A stretch of DNA of 64,000 bases from an uncultured Rhodobacteraceae bacterium. GTDB lineage: Bacteria > Pseudomonadota > Alphaproteobacteria > Rhodobacterales > Rhodobacteraceae. Positions within the stretch are counted from its first letter, which is position 1, and each line of letters opens with the position of its first letter. The notes under the pieces are model-generated. The model saw only the letters and a list, made by a program, of their open reading frames with translations. It was not told where the DNA came from and ran no database searches. Of the stretch, positions 9,701 through 17,469 are shown piece by piece. The stretch spans positions 1,790 through 65,789 of the forward strand of contig CAKZTM010000010.1 in assembly GCA_937920555.1 (NCBI GenBank). Reading direction: 5' to 3'. A program made the translations under genes and the position numbers.

Positions 9701-11465
9701 GATCGGATTGCACCCAATAGGTGATCACGCACGAAGATGTGGTGTTCACATCCGCACGGCCCGGCAACGACCCAATCGTAAAGCTAGGATTGGTCTCACC
9801 CAGCGTATTGCTTTCGGTCAAACCACCACAACCGGACATGGACGGCGTAAAGTTAATTCCGCCGATCGTTCCGGTCAGAAGCGATTGGCCCGCAGGAAGT
9901 GCATCCAGAACGTTGACATTGGGAATGGCTGCGGCGCCAAAGTTTTCAACGGTCGCTTGATATCGGATCGGATTACCAGCGGCCGCTGAAGACGGGCTGG
10001 CTGCAATCGAGACACGGATATTATCGCCAACCAAGATGCTGTCATTGGCATCGTCATTGATGATGGTCTCGCCGGCAATGGCCCCAGCGCTGACATCGCC
10101 CTCGTTAATTGTGTTGGAAAAGGTGATCGGTACACCCGCGGTTTGAACAACACCTGTAAAGTTCGTGGTAATCGTACAAGTGGAGCCCGGCGCAATCACG
10201 CCGCCAGTCCAAGTGAACCCTTCGGACGCGCCTGTCACCGAGATCGAGCCGTTGGTGCCACCCCCGGTACAACTGACCGCCGGGGTGCCATTGATGGTCA
10301 GCCCGTATGCGGCGGCTGTGTTATCGTCAATCTGCGCATCACTAAAAGAACTCACGGTGATCGCCGACAGCGCATTGTTGATAAACACGATCTCCATGTC
10401 ATCGGACTGACCTGTCGCCAGCTCCGCATTCAGAAAGTTGACAGTGGTATCGAGCGGGGACCGCAATGTGATCGTACGGTTTGAGTTTGAGCTCAGAGGC
10501 ACGCCGATATCATTGGTGAAGGACGAGGCCAAAATCTGGTTGCTGACGCTGGTTTGGTAGACGCCGCCGGTTCTCAGACCCTCAATACGGACAGTGAATG
10601 TACAAGATCCGTTGGTCGCACCGGAACGCGCAGGAAGTGTACCTGACATGGTCAGGGTTGTATCTCCGGCGGAGGGTGTGAAAGTCGGTGCGGCCCCGCC
10701 ATTGTTACAGGTTGCGGTGGCCCCCGGCGTCGAGAACACGTGAAACGCCGGATTGCCCGAAATGAGAGGGAAAATATCGCTAAACGAGAAATTGGGGATC
10801 TCAAACGCGTTTGTGTTGGTCACCCGAATTGTGAGCGTCTCATCGGACCCACCAAGAATGAGCCGACTGCTGCCCGAGACCGTATGTGTCGTAATGCTTG
10901 GAAGATTGAGCGAATTGACCACGATCGACTGGCTCACCGCGCCCGAGTTAAGCAGCGTGCTTGCACCGTCATTGCCGCTGACAGCACTGTCGGGGATGGT
11001 GTACACGTAGGTCGCCACGTTGCCGGTGGAGGTTCCGGCCGTCACAGGAACGGTAATTTGACACTCACCGTTAATGCCGCCGGATCCCGCCGGAATAGTG
11101 CCGCCCGACAGGCTCAAAGTTTGCCCGGTTGCCGTCAAAGTTCCTGATCCCGCCGTCGTGGTCGGGCCTGCGGGGTCGGTACACTGATAGGTCGGGGCCC
11201 CATTTACGAACAAACCATCGGGCAAAGTTCCCGGAAGCGTTGTTGAGAATGCGACCGAATTCAGAGCATTCACCTGATCGCTGTTGGACAGCGTAATGAC
11301 CAAATCTTTGTTTTCGAGAGGGTCGATATTCCCGGTTGCGCCGACAGTGACCGAGGCACCTAAATCGGCGCGCGCCTGTGTGGCTAAGGTCGTCAGGAAG
11401 AAAATTGAAAGAAGAGTGATAATGGTCTTAAGGCGGGCGGTCGTCCGGGTTTTTGGGGCTCGCAA
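3756..11465 (-). CDS. Giant secreted repeat protein / putative surface adhesin (2569 aa; DUF11-like conserved-repeat modules plus SdrD/Cna B-like domains)
   Basis: TTG start at 11463-11465 with AGGA about 10 nt upstream. Sec-type signal ...LATQARA|DL. Ten modules of about 140 aa, three tandem 124-aa SdrD-B-like repeats each ending N(D/N)FAEV, further DUF11-like and Cna-B-like domains, and a unique C-terminal ~97 aa. Confidence 0.85.
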   Translation of the reverse strand: MRAPKTRTTARLKTIITLLSIFFLTTLATQARADLGASVTVGATGNIDPLENKDLVITLSNSDQVNALNSVAFSTTLPGTLPDGLFVNGAPTYQCTDPAGPTTTAGSGTLTATGQTLSLSGGTIPAGSGGINGECQITVPVTAGTSTGNVATYVYTIPDSAVSGNDGASTLLNSGAVSQSIVVNSLNLPSITTHTVSGSSRLILGGSDETLTIRVTNTNAFEIPNFSFSDIFPLISGNPAFHVFSTPGATATCNNGGAAPTFTPSAGDTTLTMSGTLPARSGATNGSCTFTVRIEGLRTGGVYQTSVSNQILASSFTNDIGVPLSSNSNRTITLRSPLDTTVNFLNAELATGQSDDMEIVFINNALSAITVSSFSDAQIDDNTAAAYGLTINGTPAVSCTGGGTNGSISVTGASEGFTWTGGVIAPGSTCTITTNFTGVVQTAGVPITFSNTINEGDVSAGAIAGETIINDDANDSILVGDNIRVSIAASPSSAAAGNPIRYQATVENFGAAAIPNVNVLDALPAGQSLLTGTIGGINFTPSMSGCGGLTESNTLGETNPSFTIGSLPGRADVNTTSSCVITYWVQSDPAGGGDTNNLPVGSVTFSGGSNQVASNNVTVSEIPTMAIVNSFAPSSTFEGTDSLLTITVSNWSAQALANLSLSDALPIGSLGQQLFVASTPAATSTCGGIITANPGDTSVTLTGGSVPARASSGLGSSGSCVLQFRVVGAAGVYSNTVSGTADATPANGGPAVGVAATSNAASLTYASALSASKSFTPTSIFSGGISTVIIRFANAGTGALTGVAVTDPFPAGMTLAATPNAYTTCAGSPVITGAGGASSISMSGATVAGGGTCDLVFDVTATGGAPWVNTVPTGNLTADGGVINVNSFSATLGLLPSQSILVSEFTSPSTLSFPGEISRLTIEITNGANAVSDLTLTDFFTTDGLSGSADNGIVIAGTPSVATTCTGGSVSATPGGNSVTLSGASMTASEVCQYSVNITSVQAGGITNFIPVSSITTAEGYTNGNQATTSITTQSNIGVTKQFSPQTVGIGERSRLQITLFNPANSPLTGLSINDNFPAGITIPPGANPTTTCSGGTISTAGSNQVSLTGGVLAAASGATPATCVLEVDVITSTQGDFINTINPGEVSATASGAPVSNTAPATDTLRSKAALEVQIAIDGETLDTAIQSGSGFTTGSAFTTAGTPETLTIRLRNTNTSGLTGVAFDNALPSGLVLSTSPNASTTCTGGAVGAAVSGTSIQLTGASLAANSACTVTVDVLSNVSGSYIDDIPVGGVTSIEGVTNAEETRAEIIIADPPSIDLSYTPPVIAPGGTSMAMITLGNPNPQAITLTSQFDHNLPISPGSILVDGTPGITTTCPGTVTAVAGSATISYDSGDTIPAGGCKITVNITGTVPGDYTGVIPTGDLQTNVGPNPAPASADLAISTEGYISGQVWADNDTTPNGAFDSGTDTALGGVTIELHTAANCSGAATQTTTTDSLGNYLFFPLTAGTYSVCEPTQPSGTENGITTAGTIATVGASTGTAGAASNPTATSSEIVNIILGSSGSDVSGSPGNDFAEVTLSSIAGNVFLDLNNNGVRNGADTALVGETIELLDSGGSFITNTTTDANGDYSFTSLSPDTYSVRQPNQAANTSDGIVTPGAVPNGGTPGTGTAAGTTPSQISTIILPPNAASTANNFAEVPNARTLSGLVFFDFDNSGTVNGSDYGLGGETINLTGLDINGTSVTASTTTATDGTYAFLSLPAGTYTIDQPAQPASTTNGITTAGSTGGTASNPTATSSQIAGIDLTGANTVSANNDFAEVPGPAPDLTVTITHTPASFAEGNDQGKFLVTGSNVGSVDSSGPVTIVTTLPAGITPTGGMGTGWTCSVSGQDVTCTSSDVITSGGSAPQIMVSTLTGTGISGSILTASSVISGGAEPLGVQGNNTDTDPVAVSLSASVAGTIWEDTDHDRALDAGETRVPGWTVELLDSTDTVVGSAITDSSGAYLISNIIPGTGYQIQFREPTNGAIFGRPVPNESGAAFTNGAVDPTTNPAGADNSSGTLTGLSLSAGTNTIEQSLPLDPAGVVYDSVTRQPVSGAVVTISGPAGFVAADVVGGSTTVTTGADGFYQFLLNATAPSGTYTLTVGQPGGYQPAPSQVIPACSNPIIVSAVPDPSLVQDDNAAPVQGSTIHDPATCPASSAGFNASNQGSTQYYFDFDITIGVSSNIVNNHIPLDPILTGVIAMTKTTPRVDVTRGAVVPYTITARNSLGNALPNLDLVDRMPPGFVYRAGTASIDGVAIEPTVSGRTLTWTGQDFAAGETKTLKLMLVVSAGVGDGEYVNETWTENAAASTIVSNIASAAVRLGTDPLFDCSDIIGRVFTDSNGNGVQDAGEAGISGVTIATVRGTLITTDQAGRYSVPCAEVPNAYRGSNFIAKVDERTLPMGYRMTCGNPKTVRVTRGKLAKLNFGAAPFRVVRMELFDDAFEAGGTGLGPQLSSAIENMPGGVLSDAPSSVLIQHMGQSPLAQQRLANVANALRNGWDREGSACYPLNVQSEIRALPATVKGSIK
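6003..7115 (-). repeat. Three tandem ~124-aa SdrD B-like / Cna-B-type coding repeats inside the giant gene
   Basis: GQVWADNDTTPNGAFDSGTD...NDFAEV; GNVFLDLNNNGVRNGADT...NNFAEV; GLVFFDFDNSGTVNGSDY...NDFAEV. Codons 1451-1821 by frame arithmetic. Confidence 0.7.
7116..11366 (-). repeat. Array of 10 divergent ~140-aa coding repeats (DUF11-like, two conserved Cys each) inside the giant gene
   Basis: Recurrent motifs of the type ..L.I.V.N.....L.....D.LP.G.., then T(T/S)C.GG, then G.C...V.V. Ten copies were counted by the second-Cys motif (GECQITV ... GGCKITV). Confidence 0.7.
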
Positions 11466-11523
11466 CTTACTTTGATCCTTTTCGGACAGCCGGTTTTTAC
11501 GTCTCGACGTTGAATTCCGCTTG

Positions 11524-11574
11524 AGGGCGGTTTGGGGGTGTCAGGGCGTTTGGGGTCTCGGCTGTTGGTGGGGG
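11524..11574 (+). repeat. G-tract tandem repeat in the leader region of the giant gene (AGGGCG(G)TTTGGGG x2 plus GGTGGGGG)
   Basis: AGGGCGGTTTGGGGG (11524-11538) and AGGGCGTTTGGGG (11543-11555), then GGGGG at 11570-11574. It fits the G3+N1-7 x4 quadruplex pattern on the + strand, which is the template strand for the minus-strand gene. Confidence 0.5.
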
Positions 11575-11733
11575 TTCCGTAGCGGGAACATTGCACAAAT
11601 CTTTAATGGTAAATCAAATATATCTTTCCAAAACACATGCAAATGTCGCCATCAAAGTCCTGAATGTTGCAAAATTGTAATACTGAATCCCAGGGGCTAC
11701 TGGAAAAATCAAACAAGTTTTAATGAAGTTCAC

Positions 11734-11747
11734 GCGCGACGTCGCGC
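11734..11747 (-). terminator. Perfect 14-bp GC palindrome about 40 nt downstream of the small OMP gene (possible terminator hairpin or operator)
   Basis: GCGCGACGTCGCGC. On the minus sense it is followed by a T-rich stretch (..TTGTTTGATTTTT..). Confidence 0.3.
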
Positions 11748-11784
11748 CGATTACTATAGACTTCGGGAAAAAACGGGGGCGAGC

Positions 11785-12450
11785 TTAGAACGAAAAGCCT
11801 GCCCCGACAGTCACCGAATTGGTAACAACGCCGGTGGACAGATTGCCACCACCATCAAGATCGACATCAAGATCGATCAGATTCATCTGGTACTGGCCAA
11901 AAACTGACCAGTTCTCTGTAACTTCGTATTCCACACCGCCCTGGAATTGCGCGACAATGCCGCCGTACTGATACTCCGTCGTGCGTTGACCAGAGCTGGA
12001 TGTCTGAATATCGACCCCGGGTACGGCTACGCCAACACCACCCGCAACAAACGGGGTCCAACGACTTCCCATCGGAAATTTGCGCCGTGCATTTACAGTG
12101 ACGGTGTTAATGCCGTCATCGAATTCCAAAACCGAAAAGCCGGACGCGGCCAGACCCGCATCATCCGCCGATGCCTGCAATCTGGTAAAATCAAGCGAAT
12201 ATCCGGTCGTATCCGATTGCCACCATGTGCCGCGAATACCAAAAACCGGCGGTAGCGAGGATGAATTTGCCGTCCAACCGGTGTTGAAATCAAACGATCC
12301 TGCGCCTGTTGGATCATTTCCTGATACATCGGATCGGCCCAAATTAAACAAGCCACCATAAACGGACAGCTGAAAATCGTCCGCGCTTGCCGGGCTCGAA
12401 AGCACCAACATTGCACAGAAAACCAGCGATTTTCGCATCACGTAAGCCAT
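11785..12450 (-). CDS. Small outer-membrane beta-barrel protein (OmpW/OmpA-TM/opacity-type, 221 aa)
   Basis: Signal peptide ...VLSSPASA|DD, alternating beta-strand pattern, C-terminal ...VTVGAGFSF. Confidence 0.7.
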   Translation of the reverse strand: MAYVMRKSLVFCAMLVLSSPASADDFQLSVYGGLFNLGRSDVSGNDPTGAGSFDFNTGWTANSSSLPPVFGIRGTWWQSDTTGYSLDFTRLQASADDAGLAASGFSVLEFDDGINTVTVNARRKFPMGSRWTPFVAGGVGVAVPGVDIQTSSSGQRTTEYQYGGIVAQFQGGVEYEVTENWSVFGQYQMNLIDLDVDLDGGGNLSTGVVTNSVTVGAGFSF

Positions 12451-12480
12451 TACATTCCCAGCACGAACACAGTTGTTGTA

Positions 12481-12936
12481 CTACGTTTCATTCCAAAACC
12501 CAACCTGCCGCATCGCCTCGCCGAGCGCGATACCCGCGCTCATAGCCACATTCATCGACCGACCGCCACCTGGCATCGGCAATAAAAGCATCTCATCCGA
12601 ATTGTTTGCAACTTTGGTTGGCACGCCAGCCGACTCCCGACCGACGAGTAATATATCATCACTTTCGAAGTTAAAATTCCATAACGACTTGGGCGCTTTG
12701 GTTGTTAACAAAACGATTCGTGACGCATCGTGGCATTTGAGAAACGCTTCCCAGTCATTGTGACGCGTAATGTCCGCAATATCAGCGTAATCCATCGCAG
12801 ATCGGCGCAACGCCTTGACGGAAAACGGGAATCCGCAAGGCTCGATCACATCAATTGGCACCCCAAAACACGCGCAAAGCCGGATCATAGCCCCGAGATT
12901 CTGCGCAATATCGGGTTGATAGACGGCCAATCTCAC
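12481..12936 (-). CDS. trmL: tRNA (cytidine/uridine-2'-O)-methyltransferase, SpoU/TrmL family
   Basis: RLAVYQPDIAQNLGAMIRLCACFG...LLVGRESAGVP...IPM.GGGRSMNVAMSAGIALGE are typical TrmL motifs. The GTG at 12936 has AAGGGA 7 nt upstream. The ORF could extend to the ATG at 12975. Confidence 0.8.
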   Translation of the reverse strand: MRLAVYQPDIAQNLGAMIRLCACFGVPIDVIEPCGFPFSVKALRRSAMDYADIADITRHNDWEAFLKCHDASRIVLLTTKAPKSLWNFNFESDDILLVGRESAGVPTKVANNSDEMLLLPMPGGGRSMNVAMSAGIALGEAMRQVGFWNET

Positions 12937-13086
12937 AAATTTATCCCTTTTTAATGTCCTGCGGCGCAAAGTCATCTGGACCAGCCTGCGCTGTCAGTAT
13001 ATCTGCCTAACGGAAGAGTGCACCTGTGCTCAATCATGTTTCTAAGAGCCGCCTCAGAATGGGGCCAGACTTTAACGGAGGACCCT

Positions 13087-13644
13087 TTGTCCCACGCTGA
13101 AGAAGACACCGGCAACCGCCGAGATTTCCTTTATGTCGCAACTGCTGCAGCTGGCGCTGTTACTGCGGGTGCGGCCATTTGGCCGTTGGTCAATCAAATG
13201 AACCCTTCTGCGGATGTGCAGGCGCTCTCATCGATCGAGGTTGATGTGGACGGTCTGGAACCGGGATCCCAGATCACGGTGAAGTGGCTCGGCAAGCCCG
13301 TATTCATTCGCCGCCGGACGGAACAAGAGATTGCCGACGCGCGCGATGTCCCACTGGCGGACTTGCCCGATCAGGGCGCGGAAAACGAAAACAGACGCGA
13401 CGCGGACGCGGCCGACGCGAACCGAACGCTGGATGAGGCCGGGGAATGGCTGGTCATGATTGGCGTTTGCACCCATCTGGGTTGTGTTCCTTTGGGCGAT
13501 GCGGGTGATTTTGGCGGCTGGTTCTGCCCATGCCACGGCTCACATTACGATACGTCTGGCCGGATCCGCAAAGGCCCAGCACCCAAGAACCTTCCGGTTC
13601 CAATTGCGGAGTTCATCTCCGATACAGTCATTAAACTAGGTTAA
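13087..13644 (+). CDS. petA: Ubiquinol-cytochrome c reductase Rieske iron-sulfur subunit
   Basis: Rieske boxes CTHLGC and CPCHGS, and a Tat-like RRDFLY. The TTG at 13087 aligns with the Rhodobacter PetA N-terminus (M)SHAE..RRDFLY and follows GGAGGA. The ORF track extends to 13018. Confidence 0.9.
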   Translation: MSHAEEDTGNRRDFLYVATAAAGAVTAGAAIWPLVNQMNPSADVQALSSIEVDVDGLEPGSQITVKWLGKPVFIRRRTEQEIADARDVPLADLPDQGAENENRRDADAADANRTLDEAGEWLVMIGVCTHLGCVPLGDAGDFGGWFCPCHGSHYDTSGRIRKGPAPKNLPVPIAEFISDTVIKLG

Positions 13645-13656
13645 GGGAGAACACTC

Positions 13657-14976
13657 ATGGGCGGTATCCCACACGACCACTATGTTCCTAAGTCGAATTT
13701 CGAGAAGTGGCTTGATGCGCGGCTTCCAATTGTAGGCCTTCTTTATGGCACATTGATGATCCCGACGCCAAAGAACCTCAACTGGATGTGGATTTGGGGG
13801 ATTGTTCTTACCTTCTGTCTCGTTCTGCAAATTATCACCGGCATCGTTCTGGTCATGCACTACACGCCGCATGTGGATCAGGCTTTTGCCTCGATCGAGC
13901 ATATCATGCGCAATGTGGAAGGTGGCTGGGCCATCCGGTATATCCACATGAACGGCGCTTCGCTGTTCTTCATTGCCGTCTATGCGCACATGTTCCGGGG
14001 CCTTTACTATGGCTCCTACAAGGCACCACGGGAGATTACGTGGATCATCGGCATGCTTATTTATCTAGCGATGATGGCAACGGGCTTTTTGGGCTACGTG
14101 CTACCATGGGGGCAGATGTCCTTTTGGGGTGCGACGGTGATTACCGGCCTGTTTGGCGCGATCCCCGGCATTGGTGAGCCTATTCAGACATGGCTTCTTG
14201 GCGGCCCTGCGGTCGATAACGCCACGCTGAACCGTTTCTTCTCGCTCCATTATCTTCTGCCCTTCGTAATTGCCGGTCTGGTGATCGTCCATATCTGGGC
14301 GTTCCACACAACCGGTAACAACAACCCCACCGGCGTTGAAGTGCGTCGCGGATCGAAAGAGGAAGCAGCCAAAGACACAGTGCCGTTTTGGCCCTATTTT
14401 GTGATCAAAGATCTTTTTGCGCTCGTGGTCATTCTGGCGGTTTTTGCGGCTATCGTAGGCTTTATGCCGAATTATCTGGGTCACCCGGACAACTATATCG
14501 AAGCCAACCCGCTGGCCACACCAGCCCATATTGTACCGGAATGGTACTACTTGCCATTCTACGCGATCTTGCGGGCGATCACTTTTGATGTGCTCTTCCT
14601 GGATGCGAAATTCCTGGGCGTGCTTTGCATGTTCGGTGCAATCTTCGTGATGGTATTGGCGCCCTGGCTTGATACATCCTCGGTGCGCTCAGGTCGGTTC
14701 CGGCCAATGTTCAAGTGGTGGTTCGCCATTCTTGTCATCGACTTCTTTGTTTTGATGTGGTGTGGCGCGAGACCTGCTGAGGGCATGGTGCCAACGATCT
14801 CGCTGATCGGGACAATCTACTGGTTCGGCTATTTCTTGATTATTCTGCCAATCTTGGGCGTGATAGAGAAGCCGCTGCCGCAGCCTGCCACAATCGAAGA
14901 AGACTTCGACGCCCACTACCCGCCGAAAGCTGGTGTCGCTGATGGCACAGCAACAGCCACCCAACCGGCAGAATGA
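13657..14976 (+). CDS. petB: Cytochrome b
   Basis: [28 protein letters not shown]... is highly similar to the Rhodobacter cytochrome b N-terminus. Multiple TM helices; AAGGGAGA Shine-Dalgarno site. Confidence 0.95.
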   Translation: MGGIPHDHYVPKSNFEKWLDARLPIVGLLYGTLMIPTPKNLNWMWIWGIVLTFCLVLQIITGIVLVMHYTPHVDQAFASIEHIMRNVEGGWAIRYIHMNGASLFFIAVYAHMFRGLYYGSYKAPREITWIIGMLIYLAMMATGFLGYVLPWGQMSFWGATVITGLFGAIPGIGEPIQTWLLGGPAVDNATLNRFFSLHYLLPFVIAGLVIVHIWAFHTTGNNNPTGVEVRRGSKEEAAKDTVPFWPYFVIKDLFALVVILAVFAAIVGFMPNYLGHPDNYIEANPLATPAHIVPEWYYLPFYAILRAITFDVLFLDAKFLGVLCMFGAIFVMVLAPWLDTSSVRSGRFRPMFKWWFAILVIDFFVLMWCGARPAEGMVPTISLIGTIYWFGYFLIILPILGVIEKPLPQPATIEEDFDAHYPPKAGVADGTATATQPAE

Positions 14977-14992
14977 GCTGAGGGATAGAAAA

Positions 14993-15778
14993 ATGATAAA
15001 ACAAACACTTCTCAGCTTGGGCCTTGCTTTGGGTCTTGCCACGGGTGCGAATGCAGCTGGTGGCGAGAGCCATATCGAAGACTTCGACTTCTCGTTCGAA
15101 GGCCCTTTTGGCAAGTTTGACCAGTTCCAGCTTCAACGCGGGCTTCAAGTCTTCACCGAGGCATGTTCCGCGTGTCACGGCTTGCAATATCTGTACTTCC
15201 GCAATCTTCACGATGAAGGTGGTCCGGGCCTACCCGAAGATCAGGTTAAGGCCTATGCCAAAGACTTCTTTGTCTACGACGCCGAAATTGATGAGGATCG
15301 CGAGGCGAAGCTGTCAGATCGGTTTCCCCCTGTTGTAGACTCGACAGCGCCAGATCTGACGTTGATGGCAAAAGCCCGCGCAGGATTTCATGGACCCGCC
15401 GGTCTGGGCATCAACCAGATCGTCAAAGGCATGGGTGGGCCTGAGTATATCGCCTCTATCCTGACCGGCTACACCGGTGAAGAGAAAGAAGAAGCAGGCC
15501 AGGTATTTTACGAAAACACCGCGTTTCCCGGTGGCTGGATCGCAATGCCACCGCCGCCCATTTATGATGGCGAGCTGGAATTTGCAGATGGTCACGCCAA
15601 CGACGCGCATCATGTGTCAGAAGATGTAGCCGCATTTCTAATGTGGACAGCAGAGCCGAAGATGATGGCCCGCAAGCAGGCAGGCCTGACCGCTGTAATC
15701 TTCCTGTCGGTCCTTGCAGCGCTGTTGTACCTGACAAACAAGAAGCTTTGGGCGCCGATCAAACGCAAGTCACAATAA
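14993..15778 (+). CDS. petC: Cytochrome c1
   Basis: Signal peptide [21 protein letters not shown], haem motif CSACHG, C-terminal TM anchor. The ATG at 14993 has GAGGGA upstream. The ORF track extends to 14933, overlapping petB. Confidence 0.9.
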   Translation: MIKQTLLSLGLALGLATGANAAGGESHIEDFDFSFEGPFGKFDQFQLQRGLQVFTEACSACHGLQYLYFRNLHDEGGPGLPEDQVKAYAKDFFVYDAEIDEDREAKLSDRFPPVVDSTAPDLTLMAKARAGFHGPAGLGINQIVKGMGGPEYIASILTGYTGEEKEEAGQVFYENTAFPGGWIAMPPPPIYDGELEFADGHANDAHHVSEDVAAFLMWTAEPKMMARKQAGLTAVIFLSVLAALLYLTNKKLWAPIKRKSQ

Positions 15779-15805
15779 GGCCAAAGCCTATCTAACAAGT
15801 TTTAT

Positions 15806-15833
15806 GGGGCGGGCCGAGGGGTCCGCCCTTTTC
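15806..15833 (+). terminator. Rho-independent terminator after petC
   Basis: GGGCGG-gccgaggggt-CCGCCC followed by TTTTCG. Confidence 0.6.
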
Positions 15834-15850
15834 GTATTAAGGGGGGAAAC

Positions 15851-16330
15851 ATGTCTGCAAAAATCCATACCTATATGCTCCGTCTGAATTGGGTCGGCAA
15901 TTTGGGAACTGGCACTAAAATCTATACTGGGTATTCCCGCAATCACGAGTACCACGCCCCGGGCAAACCGATGATCGCCGGTTCTTCTGATCCAGCCTTT
16001 CGGGGTGACCCATCGCGCTGGAACCCTGAGGAGCTTTTATTGGCCTCCGTCGCGTCCTGCCACAAACTGGTGTATCTACATCTTTGTCACGACAATGGCA
16101 TCAACGTCACCGCCTATGAGGACGACGCAACCGGCACAATGGTCGAGACGGATAATGGCGGCGGACATTTCACGGAAGTTACATTGCATCCACGCGTGAC
16201 CATATCAGCAACATCAGACACCCAGAGCGCCCATGACCTGCATCACAAAGTCTCGGAGCTTTGCTTCATCGCACAGTCCGTGAATTTCCCGGTTCACCAC
16301 AAACCAATTATCGGCAAAGAAAAGCCTTGA
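15851..16330 (+). CDS. OsmC/Ohr-family protein
   Basis: Motifs ...NPEELLLASVASCH... and a later ...ELCFIAQSV... are typical of the OsmC fold; 159 aa. Confidence 0.65.
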   Translation: MSAKIHTYMLRLNWVGNLGTGTKIYTGYSRNHEYHAPGKPMIAGSSDPAFRGDPSRWNPEELLLASVASCHKLVYLHLCHDNGINVTAYEDDATGTMVETDNGGGHFTEVTLHPRVTISATSDTQSAHDLHHKVSELCFIAQSVNFPVHHKPIIGKEKP

Positions 16331-16388
16331 TCTCAAGTGAGCTTGAGGAATTATCAAGGATGCATGACGACAACCAAAGGAGAGTATC

Positions 16389-16769
16389 ATGCAAAAAGCC
16401 GCACTTGAGCACGTGAATTTTACCGTCACCGATCCAAAGGAAACCGCGACCCGCCTCTGCACATTGTTTGGGTGGCATATCCGTTGGGAGGGAGAGGCGA
16501 TCAACAAAGGCTACACCGTCCATGTTGGAAGCGACACCAGCTATCTGGCGATCTATTCGCGTGGGACCCCGGCAGCCCCCTCCAACAGTTATGAGACACG
16601 CGGTGGGCTTAATCACATCGGGATTGTGGTGGACGATTTGGAGGCCACAGAGGCGCGGATCAAAGCGGCGGGCTATGAGACCCATTCACATGCGGCATAT
16701 GAACCCGGCAGACGCTTCTACTTCCACGACGCTGACGACATCGAGTTTGAGGTCATCAGCTACGATTAA
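16389..16769 (+). CDS. VOC (glyoxalase/bleomycin-resistance/dioxygenase) family protein
   Basis: LEHVNFTV.D......LF.W.I...G....GLNHIGIVVDDLEA...R..A.G pattern; 126 aa. Confidence 0.65.
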   Translation: MQKAALEHVNFTVTDPKETATRLCTLFGWHIRWEGEAINKGYTVHVGSDTSYLAIYSRGTPAAPSNSYETRGGLNHIGIVVDDLEATEARIKAAGYETHSHAAYEPGRRFYFHDADDIEFEVISYD

Positions 16770-16773
16770 CGTC

Positions 16774-17370
16774 TTAGGACAATTCAATCTGATAAAGGTC
16801 AAATCCGGCGCATTGCGTTCTTACAAGTGCTATCTGCCGACCCTCGAGATACCCATCATAAGTGGTTTCACCGGCAATTTCACGGGCCACCTGAGACAGA
16901 AAAGTAGTGTCCGTGAGATAGGATTGAACGTCACCCAACTCCATCCGCGTGATCAGATACATTTTGTATCTGGTATTTCGAAGCGACTTATTTTGCGGAT
17001 ACCACGCCCAATGAAAACTATCATAGCCGGCGATCCTGCCGAAACGCTCCATCTGGCGGTCAGCGACATCAGTCGCGCAGGGGTCATCCTGATTGAGCAG
17101 AACGCCATAAGGCAGCAAGTGATCCGCGGCCTCCCGTGAGGTTCCATTGCCAAGGTCAATCTCGGGATTTTCGATCTGGAAAATGCGTCGGAACGTGCGG
17201 ATAAGGAAGTTTTTGCGGTTCTCATGAAGCCCCGCTGTCGCCTCCAAAACCGGAGGTTGTACGACAACCGGAGGAATATCATTGGTCAACGCCACATTCG
17301 TGACAAGGGCAAACGGCAAAGCCTGAATGAATGAAGACAGTCCCATGCAATCCTTCCATCTCAACGACAT
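16774..17370 (-). CDS. Hypothetical protein (198 aa), no family recognised
   Basis: Intact ORF with an ATG start and lower GC than its neighbours (hand-counted 60-nt lines 45-50 percent). Possible N-terminal hydrophobic segment. Confidence 0.45.
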   Translation of the reverse strand: MSLRWKDCMGLSSFIQALPFALVTNVALTNDIPPVVVQPPVLEATAGLHENRKNFLIRTFRRIFQIENPEIDLGNGTSREAADHLLPYGVLLNQDDPCATDVADRQMERFGRIAGYDSFHWAWYPQNKSLRNTRYKMYLITRMELGDVQSYLTDTTFLSQVAREIAGETTYDGYLEGRQIALVRTQCAGFDLYQIELS

Positions 17371-17469
17371 GCGCCCCCACGACAGCGACGCACAACAAAA
17401 ACAGAACTAATGATGAGGGGTATTCATAAGCGGAACTTTGCCGAAAAATGTGGCGAAATCGCCTAAGTT

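Noticed and set aside
3756-11465. RTX/T1SS adhesin, two-partner secretion exoprotein or autotransporter identity for the giant protein
   Set aside because: No Gly-Asp nonapeptide runs, no TPS-like N-terminus and no C-terminal barrel, and it has a cleavable Sec signal. No T1SS or TpsB genes are adjacent.
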